From NCBI GenBank assembly GCA_016748015.1, contig JAAOMT010000040.1:186001-250000 (forward strand): a stretch of DNA of 64,000 nt, in the 5' to 3' direction. Made by a program: the position numbers and the translations under genes. Every line of letters begins with the position of its first letter. The stretch's first letter is position 1. The DNA is from Geosiphon pyriformis uo1 (Eukaryota > Fungi > Glomeromycota). The notes under the pieces are model-generated. The model searched no databases. It was not told the origin of the DNA and saw only the letters and a program-made list of their open reading frames with translations. Positions 26,401 through 39,612 of the stretch are shown in pieces.

Positions 26401-29096
26401 AGCATATAACAGTGCTATTAATAAACTCTATTACTACTCTCATAATGCTAAAATAATCTTTGATTTAGCAATGGCTTTAATTAATGGAGCCACACAGGAA
26501 AATGTTCATTAAATAAAAAAAGCTGATTACATTAAATACATAATAAAATTAGCTAAATTCAACTATAAAGATGAAGTAGAAACATACCACCAAATTGCAA
26601 GTCACACATATCCAACCCAAGAAACTCAAATTCAATAATTAGAGCAAATGAATATTTAATTGTATAAAAAATGCATCATGCTTTGTAATAACAAATAGTG
26701 TTTAGAATGCTATGCTCTTAGCATTTCCTTATCCAGTAAAAATAACCAAGAAGAAATCAAATTTGGAGAACATAAGCCAGAAAAAAAAAGTACAATAACC
26801 CCAATCTATCTTACTAAAAACCAGCCTGCTATACAACTTAAATACTTTGACAACAATGGAAAAAGAATAAAACCAGAAAAAGCCCACGAAATTGATGCAG
26901 AGTATAACTTAAAATATCCTGATAAAGATACTTTGGTCCTCCAACCGAAATCCTTAACCAAAATTAATCTCAGAATTGCTCTTAAAATATCACCAGGAGC
27001 AATAGTACAAATTGCTTCCTGATCATCATTGGCAAACAAAGAAATCAATGTTAGAGGAGGAGTTATAGATACAGAGTATATTGAAGACATTACTATTATT
27101 ACAGAATGAAACAGACAAACCATTCAGAATTAAACATGCTGAAAAAATTGCCCAAGCAATTTACCTATTCTTAATCAACATTTCGGATTTACAATCAGTA
27201 AACAACAGAGAACAATTGGGAAAAAGTGAAAGAGAAACTCAAGGTTTTGGTTCAACTGGATAATTTACAGTGCCAGTAAATATAGCTCTCAATGTACAAA
27301 ATGAATCTCACCAAACTTTTCAACTTTTCCAACCAATTACTATTTCACCTTTTGGAGAACATCAAGAAATTTATACTTACCACTACTCAACAAATCTTTA
27401 AAGCCAATGAACAAATCTGTTTAAAGCATGAAATTTCAATCCCAAACATTTATATTCCCAAAGGAATGAAAAAATTTTGAGTTATATTCTACAACTCCAA
27501 TAATTACTCTATTGTCTTATTAAATAAATTAGAAATTGGAATTATACACAGCAATATCTTCCAAGATAAAAACTCTCAAATTGTCTTTAATTTTATCAAA
27601 ATTATAAGACATATACTACTTTTAAACCCAAACATTATCTCTACTACTGAAAACTACCATCTTTTAGAAGAAAAACTTTCTTGAATTAACATGGGTTCCT
27701 TAGAATCTCAACAACAAAGACAATTGAAATAACTAATAGCTGAATTTGCTGACATATTTGCAAAAGATAACAATGACCTTGGAAAAACAAAAATTGTTTA
27801 ACATCAGATCCACACAAGAGATGCTCCACCAAAATATCAACAAGCTTATCGAGTGCCATCTGCCAACCACCAATTTATTAGGAAAAAAATCCAAAGAATG
27901 CTCAATAATAGATTGATTCAAACATTAAGAAGTCTTTGGGCCTTACCAGTAGTTTTTGTTAAAAAAAAAACAGAAAAATCAAATTTTGTGTAAATTATTG
28001 TTAGCTCAATAGTGTGACAATTGGAGATGTCTATCCTCTTTCAAAAATTAATAATATGCTAGATGTTCTAGGAAAAGCCAAGTTCTTCTCAACTTTAGAC
28101 TTGAAAAGTGGATACTAACAAGTTGAAATGAACCTAAAAGACCGACCTAAAACAGCATTTACCACCCAAAAAAGAAACTATGAATTCAATGTCATGCTGT
28201 TTAAACTTTACAATACACCAGCAATATTTTAGTGACTCATAGATGTTGTATATAAAGAACTTTTGTGGCAATCAGTAGTTGTCTATCTTAATAACACTGA
28301 TATGTACTCACCAAGTTTTGAAGCTCATCTTATCTACTTGCAAGAAGTTTTTCAATGATTATGGAAAACAGGATTAAAGTTGAACATTGAGAAATGTCAC
28401 TTTGGAAAAACAAGTTTAATCTTTCTTGAACATATTGTTAGCAAAGATAAAGTCAAACCAAACCCTAGAATATTTAGTGCTGTCAAAAACTTTCAAACTC
28501 CTAAAAATACCACAGAGCTATGAAGATTTGTAAGATTAGCCTCCTATTATTGAAAATTCATAAAAAGATTCTCAAAGATTGCCAAGCCACTCAATTATCT
28601 TACCAACAAAAACATACCATATCAATAGACTGAAGAACAACAAAAAGCTTTTGAAACTCTCAAAACAAAATTAACAACAGTCCCAGTTTTTGCTTATCCA
28701 GACTTTAACAAATGGTTTCAACTAACCACTAATGCTTCACATATAACATTTGGTGCCATCCTACCACAATTGGATAAAAATAGCAAGGAACAAGTTATTG
28801 CCTATGTCAGTAGAACACTTAAACCAACAGAACTCAAATATGGCTCAATTGAATTAGAAGCTGCTACAGTCATTTGGACTCTTAAATATTTTCAACAATA
28901 CCTAAAAAATGGAAAAAAATTCAATATCATAACTGACAATATTGGCCTCAAATGGCTCAATAAAAAGAAAACTGAACAAAGTGCCAAACAGTCTTAATAG
29001 AATGATTTCCTAGCAGACTACAAATATATTGTGCACCACAAACCAAAAAAACTACACACCAATGTTGATAGCCTCTTAAAAATAAGACAAGATTAA
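23456..29096 (+). pseudogene. Element C gag-PR-Cys-rich-dUTPase-RT-RNaseH
   Basis: Capsid WLDKVQKAGDANGW, zinc knuckle CYYC..HWKQDC, PR LILDSRSAGSII, dUTPase (EKIAQ, SERETQGFGSTG), RT and RH (VIAYVSRTL..ELEA). Interrupted by stops. Confidence 0.9.
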
Positions 29097-29153
29097 AACC
29101 AACAACAATTTCACCACTATTTACCAATCTACCAATAAAATAACCAAACAACA

Positions 29154-30538
29154 ATAAATTCCAGAAATTACAACAACATCAAAAACTATTTAGAGACTCT
29201 TATCATGCCAGAAAATTGGTCTTTAAGTGAAAAACATTGATTACAACACCAATTCAAACAATATTTCATACATCACAACAAAATCTATTACAAAAATTGC
29301 AGAAATCTAAACCAATCACTCAGATTAGTACAAGAGAACAAAAAAAAACAATCCTATACAACATGTACACAGATTCTTCTTCAGCACACTTGGAAAAAAA
29401 TGGAATAATTCAAAAAACTTTTGAACATTATTTTTGGCCTCATATGCAAAAAGACATTCAACAATATGTAAAATCTTGTGATAGTTGTCAAAAAAGAAAA
29501 AAAATCTGCCCCACAGAACCTTTAAATCCAATTAAAGTTGGACAATCTTTTGACAGAGTTGGAATTGATTTAGTTGGATCATTACTTATTACAACTCAAG
29601 AAAATTGTTATATTGCAGTTGCAGTAGATTATTTTACCAAATGGTCTGAAGCTAGAGTCATCTAAAGAGCAAATGCAAAATTAGTAGCAAATTTCATCTA
29701 TAAAGACATTATTTGTAGACATAGATGCCCAATTGAACTTTTATCTGATCAAGAAACACATTTTGTGAACAACTTGATGCAAGAAATTTGTGAATAATTC
29801 AATGTCAAAAAACCTTTATTATTATCTTATTACTTCCAAACAAATGGACTTGTAGAACATTTCAACAGAATATTGTGTGAATCTTTATCCAAAGTCTTAA
29901 CAAATTTTGAGCAGGAATAGGATATCTTTATTTCATCAGTATTATTAGCATACAGAACACTAAAACAAGATATTATAAAACACATATTATTTAATCTTAC
30001 TTATGAAAAGACAGCAACATTACCAATTAATTTTATAGTAGAAACATATCTAGTGCAACCAATTAATAAAGAAAACTTTTAAGAAACACTTCAAAGAAGA
30101 GCTTACACTCTTTTTAGTACATTGGAAGGAAAAAGACACATAGCAGCCATTCATATTGAACACTCCCAAGTCTTACAAAAAAAAAAACATGACAACAAAC
30201 TGCCACCAGTTATTAACAAATTTAAAGTTGAAAATAAAGTTCTCTTACACAGAACTAAAACTGAAAAACAATGGAGTGGAAAATTTGAACATAAATAAGA
30301 TGGACCATTTTATATCCATGAAATTCTAAGCAATAGATCATACAAGTTAAGACTTGATAACAAAGTACTAGCAAAAGTTGCATATGGAGATTGACTGAAA
30401 CACTATTATTTCAGAAACAATTCTGAACCATTAATTTCACAAATTGATACACATTCCCTTTTAATTAATCCTAAAGATATTCCTCGAAATTTAAAACCAA
30501 TAATTATAATAGAACAATAACCAAACTTAAACACTTAA
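29154..30538 (+). pseudogene. Element C integrase
   Basis: AH..CDSC zinc-binding remnant, VGIDLVG, VDYFTKW, LSDQ, QTNGLVE, GPF-type C-terminal region. Confidence 0.88.
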
Positions 30539-30688
30539 TTTAATATTTTTTACAATAATCCTTTTAATACACAAAACATAAAACAAAAATAGTAAATAAT
30601 TACAAGAAACATTCAAACCCAAAAACAAATAAAAATCTATACCCAAAAATAATTTTCTTTATTTTTTTTTTAGTTAGTTATTTTTATT

Positions 30689-31396
30689 ATGATTATTCTC
30701 CGAAATATCCAACAAATATTCCAAAAATTAATGTTAATCTTAAAAACACTTCCTGACTTATCCATAACAATTAATGGAAATCAAATTAATTATACTCAAA
30801 AAGAAACCACAACACCAGTAGTAAATAATTCTCAGAATAATTATTCTTATAAAAGAAAAACAAGAAGTTATTCTGGAAATCAATTATCAGAACTTTTGAA
30901 ACAAGCATTAAAAGAAAACCTTTTAATTGCCTCTATTGATATTTCATTAAATGCCACAATTTAACAAAAACTTCTACTATTTCTTAATAAACAAAACAAT
31001 GAACATATCCTTATCTATAAATATTTTCATATTGGAAAAACACTTTATAAATGAAAACTGGAACTTAAAACAACAAATCTTACTCCTAAAACTATATAAA
31101 AACAAATCCATGATGAATTCAAGACAGCAACTGGACCAACAAACACTTACTACAAACTTAAAGCAGCATTTAGACTTTATGATTTATTTAACACTTGTAA
31201 AAATATTCTACAAAATCCAATACTTCATCCAATAAAGATTTAATACATTGGAAAGCTCACAGAACTGAAATTTCAACAATTTTCAGACTAAATTATTTCA
31301 ATTATCTTGGACTACTATCTTAACATTACAGATAGTGCTTGGACTTCAACAGAGCTCAGTCTTGAGGAAAAGATTATGTTACTAGTAGAATTTTAG
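30689..31396 (+). pseudogene. Element C ORF3
   Basis: Homolog of 41138-41857 with in-frame stops; crosses the PPT into the 3' LTR. Confidence 0.8.
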
Positions 31397-32348
31397 CTAT
31401 TAATTAGCATAAAATTACTCTTATAATTCCTATTATTGATTAGCATATATTATTATTATTTCAAATATCACTTATTATTTAATCAAATTATCAAATATTA
31501 TTACTTAATCAATAATTCGATTTGTACCATAGAAATTAAGATAATCAAATTACACAATACTCTGAACCATTTAACATAGTCAAAATTCGCTGAAATTAAT
31601 GAAAATTGGCCGAAATAATTAATAGTTCAATGAAATAACTTGTAATTTGCTGAAATGTATTTTTAGTTCACCCAAATTGTAGCAAAAAGAAAAGTGCAAG
31701 TTCAAAGACTAGTACTACAACAAGTTGTATAAAAGAAAAGCTTTTTTCTTCAAAAAAATGTATCTTTTCATAGTATTTTATCATAACATCTTACTTTAGA
31801 TATCTTAATTAAAACAAATCATCTTTTATATATTCAAATAAAAATTAAATATTCAAAAAACAAATCTTTAAAATTATTACACTTGAAATTTCTTTAACAT
31901 AACTAATGTTTTGAAATTGATTAGCTACCAATTTCAATAAAACTGTTAGTAATTTCAGATCTGAATAAAAAACGTTTTCCTTGATAAAATCCTATTTCTT
32001 TTATATTTCTTTTATATTTTTTTTATTTTCTTATTACAATTATTAGGGTAGTCTATAGACAAGATTTCTGTAGAAGAGTTGACTTTTACAGCAAAGTAAC
32101 TACACATTTTTAGTGAGCTTCTAAATGAGCAATTTCTGGGAAAGAGTTAACATTTACTACAATGTAACTACACAAAATAACTGGTATAGAATTGGCCATT
32201 CCACTTATAAGCCCAGCAGTTCAAATTATAGGAGATAATTTAAAGATAAATTCAGTTATTGGATATTTAACTACTTCCTGAGAATGTGAATTCACAACAA
32301 ATCAACATTAACAACATTCAAGAAAAAAGACCAAAACCTTTAGTAATA
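31377..32348 (+). repeat. 3' LTR of element C
   Basis: Direct repeat of 22484-23455. Confidence 0.92.
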
Positions 32349-32922
32349 GTTGTTTTTTTTGTAATCTTTGAATATTATTAACTGCTTTTTTTCTTTTATT
32401 TTTCAGTATTTCTATTAAATAATAGGTTCTTTATAGCAGTGTCTCTTAAATATTAGCTTCTGTTATTGGTTTTGTTGAATATGTATAAATATTTATTTCT
32501 ATTAATAATATTATTGTTCTATTATATACTAACTTAAATAGTATTATTTATATCATATTTTGCTTTATTGTCCAATAAACAAATGTACTAATAATATAAA
32601 TAGATTTTATTTGTTCTGATTTTTTGGCTATTTTAACTATTGTTTTATATAATATTCTATTGAATTTTTTAATTAAGCCATTGGTTTGTGGATAATATAA
32701 AGATAATAATAATTTTTTAATTTCAAATTTTTGACTTAATATTGTTTATAAAGTAAGTTCTTTGGTTTAACAACAATTTTTTTGGACATTTATGTCAACA
32801 AATCAAGTTTTAATATACAAATTTGGCTATGAATTCTGGATTTGCTCTTTTAATAGCTTTAACTTTTGGCCATTTTGTAAAATAGTCTATAATAACTGCT
32901 ATATATTAGTTGTCTTTACTGG

Positions 32923-33903
32923 TGTTACCAGACGAAATTAGAGATATTATTTAGCATAAAATTATCTTTATAATTTCTATTATTAATTAACATATATTAT
33001 CATTTAAATTATCACTTATTACATTAGCAAAATGTCTAAAATTATTATTTAATTAATAACCCAATTTGCACATAACATAAATGTAATTTAATTGCGATAA
33101 TCAATCATGCAATACCCTGAACTATATAACATTCAAAAAGTTCACCGAAATTTGTAGAAATTTGCCGAAATAATTGATAGTTCACCAAAATATCTAATAG
33201 TTCGCAGAAATAACTTGTAGTTTGCCGAAATGTATCTTTAGTTCAATGAAATTGTAGAAAATAGCAAAGTTCAAGTTCATAGAATAGTGTTATGACAAGT
33301 TGTATAAAAGAAGAGCTTCTCTCTTCGAGAAAATATATCTTACTTTAGATTTATCACTTAGAACCATTCTTATATACACAAAAAGAAATAAATATCAAAT
33401 AATTCAAAAAACCAAATTCTTTAATTATTGCACTTGGAAAATCCTCAAAACCCAACTAACATTTTGAAATTGATTAGCTACCAATTTCAGTAAACTGTTA
33501 GTGACTCCAGGCCTGAATAGAAAACGTTTCCCTTGATAAAATCATATTTTTTTTACATTTCTTTTATTTTTTCTTTTTTTTCTTATTACAATCATTAGGA
33601 TAGCCTACAGACAAGATTCTTGTAGAAGAGTTGACTTTTACAGCAAAGTAACTACACATTTTTTAGTGAGCTTCCAGATGAGCAATTTCTGGGAAAGAGT
33701 TGATGTTTACTACAATATAACTACAGTCAAGTAACTGGCATAGAATTGGCCATTCCACTCATAAGCCTAGCAGTTCAAATTATAGGAGATAATTTGAAGA
33801 TAAATTCAGTTACTAGAGGTTCAACTACTTCCTGGAAATGTGAATTCACAGCAAATTAACATTAACAACATTCAAAAAAAGAGACCAAAAACCTCCAGTA
33901 ACA
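32923..33903 (+). repeat. 5' LTR of element D
   Basis: TGTTAC...GTAACA; TATA-like TATAAAAG at ~33303. Confidence 0.95.
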
Positions 33904-33921
33904 TTTGGTGCTCTTCCATGA
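33904..33921 (+). promoter_or_regulatory. Primer-binding site of D (equivalents at 10248, 23456, 47592, 59653)
   Basis: TT-TGGTGCTC immediately 3' of the 5' LTR; TGG complements tRNA CCA. The priming tRNA is not identified. Confidence 0.8.
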
Positions 33922-36900
33922 AAATAACACAGTGACAACAACTTCAAAAGTAGTGACTCAAACAGATTCAAGAACTCTAGAGTATTATCAGTCAATCTAT
34001 ACCCACTGCAAGCAGAGATTTAACATCCCAGACGGAATTGAAACATTCAAGAAAACACTTTACCAATACATTAAAAATCGCATCAACAATTATCTTTTTG
34101 GAGATTACAATATTTCAGAAGTTAGACACAACTTATATGAAAGCTTAGTACATCACTCTCGTCTAAACACTCAGGATTTTAACAGTCAAACACTTGAAAC
34201 ATACTTTCAAGAACTCAACTTCAATATCATTCAGTATTGTGAAGAGAATTACTCAGTAGAACAGAAATTTTCTCTTGGTTTTGAATCGGAAATAGAAGAA
34301 GGAAAAGGAAAAAAAAAACAAAAACTCAGAACTACTCCCAATACACCTAAAACCACTGCCAAACATTTACAAACTCCAGAACAAGGAACCAGCTTTAAAT
34401 TACCACTCTCAATCACACCATTTCTAGTTTCACTTGCTCAACCGCAAACACCAAGCTCACCTCTTATTCGATTTTCAAGAATAGAAAATTTTTAGTCACC
34501 CAAAAGCCCTATTCAACAACAAGAACCAATATCAATTAGCACCAACCTTTTTGATTATCTACAGGAAAACGAAAATAATCATTCAGAAAGCTTGGAAAGT
34601 GAAAAAACTGAAGCAGAATTAGAAACAAAAGATGTTGAAAATGAAGAAAGAATGGCTTCCACATATATTGCAAAAATTCCTGAGTTCACAGAAAAAGACA
34701 GCGAAACCAGTCCTCAAGAATGGCTTGACAAAGTCTCAAAAACAGGAGATACAAATGGTTGAAATGCTGCCAAAATGTTAAAAACAATCACATATTTCTT
34801 ACAAGGAACAGCTGGTGAATGGTTTGAAAACTTAGAAGCCCCACCAGAACACTGGAAAGCATTCAAAACTGTTTTTCTAGAACAGTTCACTGACAATAAC
34901 ACTTTTATTACCCTTCGAAATCAGTTCTGAAATATCAAGCAAGAACCAAGTGAATCAGTTATGACTTATCTTGGAAAATTCAACAAACTGCTTAGAAGGA
35001 TTTGCCAATTGGAAACCAATGAATACTACTCCAATGCACAAATCTTGGACCAATTCATTGCTGGACTAAAAGACAAACTTATTAAGAAAGTTTGCCCACA
35101 TGTACCAGAAGATTTAGCCACTGCTATTCAACAGGCAAAAAACTATGAAATAGCCATGGAAGAAGCCAACTATACCAAACTTGTTAACCTGGCTATTGGA
35201 GAAACCAGCTCAGCAGCTGAAAAAAAGATTGACCAATTAACCAAGAAAGTTGAAAACTATTTCACCAACCAACAGCAACAACAGCAGCCACAGCAATCAC
35301 AACAACCACAAAGATACCAACTCCCACAATGATGCAATCAAAACAACTTTGGACCACCATCCAACAACCAAATCCAAAATTGTCATTATTGTGGAATTCC
35401 AGGACACTGGAAATGTAATTGTAGAAAATTGCAACAAGACTAACAACAGAAGAATAATCAACGTTACCCTTCACTACAGCAATCTTATTATCAACCACCA
35501 CCCCCAGCTTACTATCCACCAAGACCCCAATACCAAAATAACTATTATCAGCCCGCTCCACAGCCAATCCAACAGCAATACCAACAACCACCCACACAAT
35601 ATTATCAGATATCTGCTCGAAGATTGATTACACAAAATCAATTCACACTACAAAACCAATACCAAGTAAACAACAATAGAATTAGTTCAAACAACCAATT
35701 GGTTCCTTGAAATTCTATTCAACCGAGACCCAACCACTATCACACTCAACCCAATTATTTAACAATGCCAAAAGAACAGAATTTTTACCATACTGCACTC
35801 TCAGAAAGTAGAGCTGCAGCACAACAAAAAAATCTTTCTCATAACCACACCACTATTCCACCAACCAGAATTGCTGAAAACACCAATCTCTCTGATATCT
35901 TTCCTTTTGAGTTCAAAGCCAATGAATCACCATTTCTACTCAGCAATGCTGCTGCAAATAAACAGAAAGCAATCACAGCTATGTATACTGAAGCTGAAGT
36001 TAAAGGAAAGACAATTTGCTTAATTCTAAACAGTAGATTTGCTGGAAGTATTATTACTTACTAGTTGATGCAACAGTTAAAAAGAAATGTTGACTGACCA
36101 GCTCAGACAATTATTGTCACTGCCGATGACATGAAAAAGACTCCAGTAAGAGAAATTGACAATTTTTCATTCACTCTTGATAAAATCACCATTCCAGTCA
36201 AAGTTCTTGTAATGGACACTCCTCAGTATCAAGCCCTTGTTGGAAATGACTGGCTTCAAAAAGCTAATGCAAAATTAGACTGGGAAACCCAAGAACTACA
36301 AATCTCTTATCAAGGACAACATGTCCAAATACCTGCCACTTGTGGTACATTCAACAAACGTTTCGAAAAAGCCCCAGCTTTTGAATTCGAACCAAAAAAA
36401 GAAAAACCAATAATTGAAACATTCATGGCTCTTGGATCAATGTCTAATTGGGCTGATGAAACTGAACAAAAACATTTTACTCCACACTCTGAACCTAAAA
36501 CTCCTGGATGAAATATCTCTTACTCAAAACCTGAACCAAGGAAACAACACCTCTACATTCCCCTTAAATGTAAGGACTGCCACAAGAAACTATTGTCAAT
36601 AGAAGCTTGTATTTCACCTGAGAAAGAATATGAAAGTCACACCTGTTACTACTGCAATGCCTGCCATCAAGAATGATAGGGCCACTTGAATAAAAGAAGT
36701 GGAAAATAGGATAGAACATCCTGCCTTACTTGTGGAAAACAGCTTTCCAATGAATGTAACTGGATTGATGTTGCATTTAGAGGAGGAGTCTGCAATCAAA
36801 CTTGCCAATATGCTCTTTCTATTGCAGAAAAGCTAAAACGTGGAACACCTTTTAATGTCACATACAATAATGCCTTCAACAAACTCCATTATTACTTCCA

Positions 36901-39563
36901 TGAAGCTGAAATGATCTACAAACTTGCCATGGTTTTAATTAACGGAGGAACCAAAGAAAATGTCCTTCAAATAAAGGAAGTTGAATATATTGAATATATT
37001 TTAGAATTAGCTGGATTTGATTATAAAGATGAAGTAAAAGTGTATCATCAAATTGCAAGTTACACCTACCTGACCAAAGAAGCTCAAGCTCAACGGCTAG
37101 AGCAAATGAACATTAAATTATGTGAGGAATGCATAATGCCTTGTAATGAACAATGGTGTCCTGAATGCTATACCCTTAGCATTCCATTACTCAGTGAAAG
37201 TAACAAATATGAAATCAAATTTGGTGAACTTAAAGCAATAGAAGAAATTGAAACGACACCCATCTATCTTATCGAAAGTCAGCCTGCTTTACAGCTCAAA
37301 TACTTCAACAACAACGGACAAAGAATAAAGCCTGAAAAAGCACATGAAATTGATGCTGGATATAATCTACAATATTCAGGGAAAGACACTTTGGTTCTTC
37401 AACCAAATTCCCTTACCAAGATCAATTTCAAAATTGCCCTCAAAATTCTACCAAGAGCAATAGTCCAAATCACTTCACGATTATCATTGGCAAGCAAAGG
37501 AATCAATGTTAGAGGAGGAATCATAGATGCTGGATATACAAGAGACATTACAATTATGTTACAAAATGAAACCAATAAATCTTTTCAGATTGAACATGCT
37601 GAAAAAATTGCTCAAGCTATTTATTTACCCTTAATCAACATTTCAGGTTTACAATTAGTCAGTTAAAGAGAACAATTGGGAAAAAGTGAAAAAAAAACCA
37701 ATAGTTTTGGTTCAACTGGATGATTCACAGTTCCAGTAAACATAGCTCTTAATGAACAAAGTGAATCTCACCAGATTCTATGACTTCCACAACCAATTAC
37801 TATTTCACTCTTTGGAAAACATCCAGAAATCTACACCTGCCCAAAACCAACAACCACACAACAAATTTTTGAATCCAACAAACAAGTCTACTTGGAACAT
37901 AATATCTTAATCCCAAACATTTATATTCCAGAAGGAACAAAGAAAGTCTGAGTTACTTTTTACAATCTCAACAATTATCTCATAGTTTTATTAAATAACT
38001 TAGAAATTGGAGTCATTCACAGTAACATTTTTCAACAAGAACTATCCCAAACAGTTCCCAATTTCTCGGAAATTATTGGACATTCACTACCAAAAATTAA
38101 CCCAAACTCTAGTTCTGAAAACTACCATGTTGTCATGGAAAAACTATCTCAAATCAACATGGGACAACTTGAATCACAACAACAGAACCAGCTTAAAGAG
38201 CTAATTGCAGAATTTGCTGATATCTTTGCCAAAAACAACAATGACTTAGGAAAAACCAATTTGGTTCAACACCAAATCTATACAGGAGATGCCAAACCAA
38301 AGCAACAACAAACCTACCGAGTTGCTCCAGAAAGCCACCAATTTATCCAAGAAGAAGTACAACAGATGCTTAACAATAGGCTTATTCAATCATCAATGAG
38401 TCCATGGGCCTTACTTGTGGTCCTAGTTAAAAAGAAAAATGGAAAGATACGATTTTGTGTTGATTATCAACAACTCAACAGCATTACCATTGAAGATACC
38501 TACCCTTTTCTCCAAATTGATGACATTTTGGATGTCCTTGGAAAGTCCAAATACTTTTCGACATTAGATTTAGAGAGCGAATACTGGCAAGTTGTCATGG
38601 ATCTCAAAGATCACCCCAAAACAGCATTCACCACTCAAGGAGGAAATTACAAGTTCAATGTAATGCTTTTTGGATTATGCAATATACCAGCAACATTCCA
38701 AAGACTCATGGATGTTGTTTACAAAGGCCTCCTTTAGAAATCAGTAGTTGTCTATTTCAATAATACTGATGTTTATTTATCATCTTTTGAATTACACTTA
38801 AAACACCTGTGAGAAGTTTTTTAACAATTATGAAAAGCAGGATTGAAACTAAACATCAAAAAATGCTACTTTGGAAAAACAAGTTTGGCCTTTCTTGGCC
38901 ACATTGTAAACAAAGATGGAATTAAACCAGATCCCGGAAAAATCAGCACTGTCAAGAACTTCAAGACTTCACAAAATACCACAGAATTGAGAAGATTTAT
39001 TGGATTAGCTTCCTATTACTGAAAATTCATCAAAGAATTCTCAGAAATCGCAAAACCTCTCAACCAGCTTACTACTAAAAATGTCGAATACAAATGGACA
39101 GAAAAACACCAAAAAGCTTTTAAAATTCTCAAAGAAAAGCTGACAACAGCTCCAATTCTAGCCTATCCAGACTTCAGTAACCAATTTTGACTAACTACAA
39201 ACGCTTCTTACACTGCCTTTGGTGCCATCTTATTATAATTAGATAACAATGGAAATGAGCAAGTAATTGCTTATGCTAGCAGAACATTAAAACCAGTTGA
39301 GAAAAACTACTCTGCCACAGAACTAAAAACAGCAGCCATAATTTGGGCCCTATACCACTTCAACTTTTATTTCAGGTCTAAAAAATTCGATATTATCACT
39401 GATAATATTGAACTCAAATGGCTTCAGAACAAAAAACACCCAACTGAACACAAAACAAATCTGATGGACAGAATTTTTAACCAACTACTAATATATTGTA
39501 CACCACAAACTAAGAAAACTTCACACCAATGTTGATTGTCTCTTAAGAATGAAGCAAAATTAG
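33905..39563 (+). pseudogene. Element D Gag-PR-Cys-rich-dUTPase-RT-RNaseH polyprotein
   Basis: ORF fragments starting at 33905, 34961, 35765, 36131, 36911 and 38135 are all in one frame and separated only by stops (one late frameshift near 39450). CHYCGIPGHW..C knuckle, PR, dUTPase, RT (RFCVDY, LDL..YWQ, FGLCN.PATFQ), RH. Confidence 0.93.
37290..37720 (+). other. dUTPase domain inside the D polyprotein (also C ~26830-27263, E ~50970-51394, A ~14010-14434)
   Basis: All five trimeric dUTPase motifs in order: DAGY(D)L, SR(S)SL, GIIDAGY, EKIAQ, (R)G..GFGSTG. Confidence 0.92.
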
Positions 39564-39612
39564 AAAACAGAACCAATATCCATTTGAATTAACAGCAACA
39601 AAACAACAAACA

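Larger units (their letters stand above)
22484..32348 (+). mobile_element. Element C: full-length Gypsy LTR retrotransposon (C/D/E family) nested in B
   Basis: LTRs 22484-23455 and 31377-32348, PBS TTTGATGCTTTTCCACG, PPT GAGGAAAAGATTA, TSD ATTG/GTTG. Confidence 0.93.

Noticed and set aside
33139-33252. Repeat-spacer appearance of the U3 arrays suggesting a CRISPR array
   Set aside because: Units are only 10-20 bp and degenerate, lie inside eukaryotic LTRs, are duplicated with the LTR, and have no cas genes nearby.
33905-39563. Alternative genetic code or programmed readthrough explaining the many in-frame stops
   Set aside because: Most stops fall at different positions in C, D and E and derive from CAA/CAG/CGA/TGG by single transitions; the host genes use the standard code.
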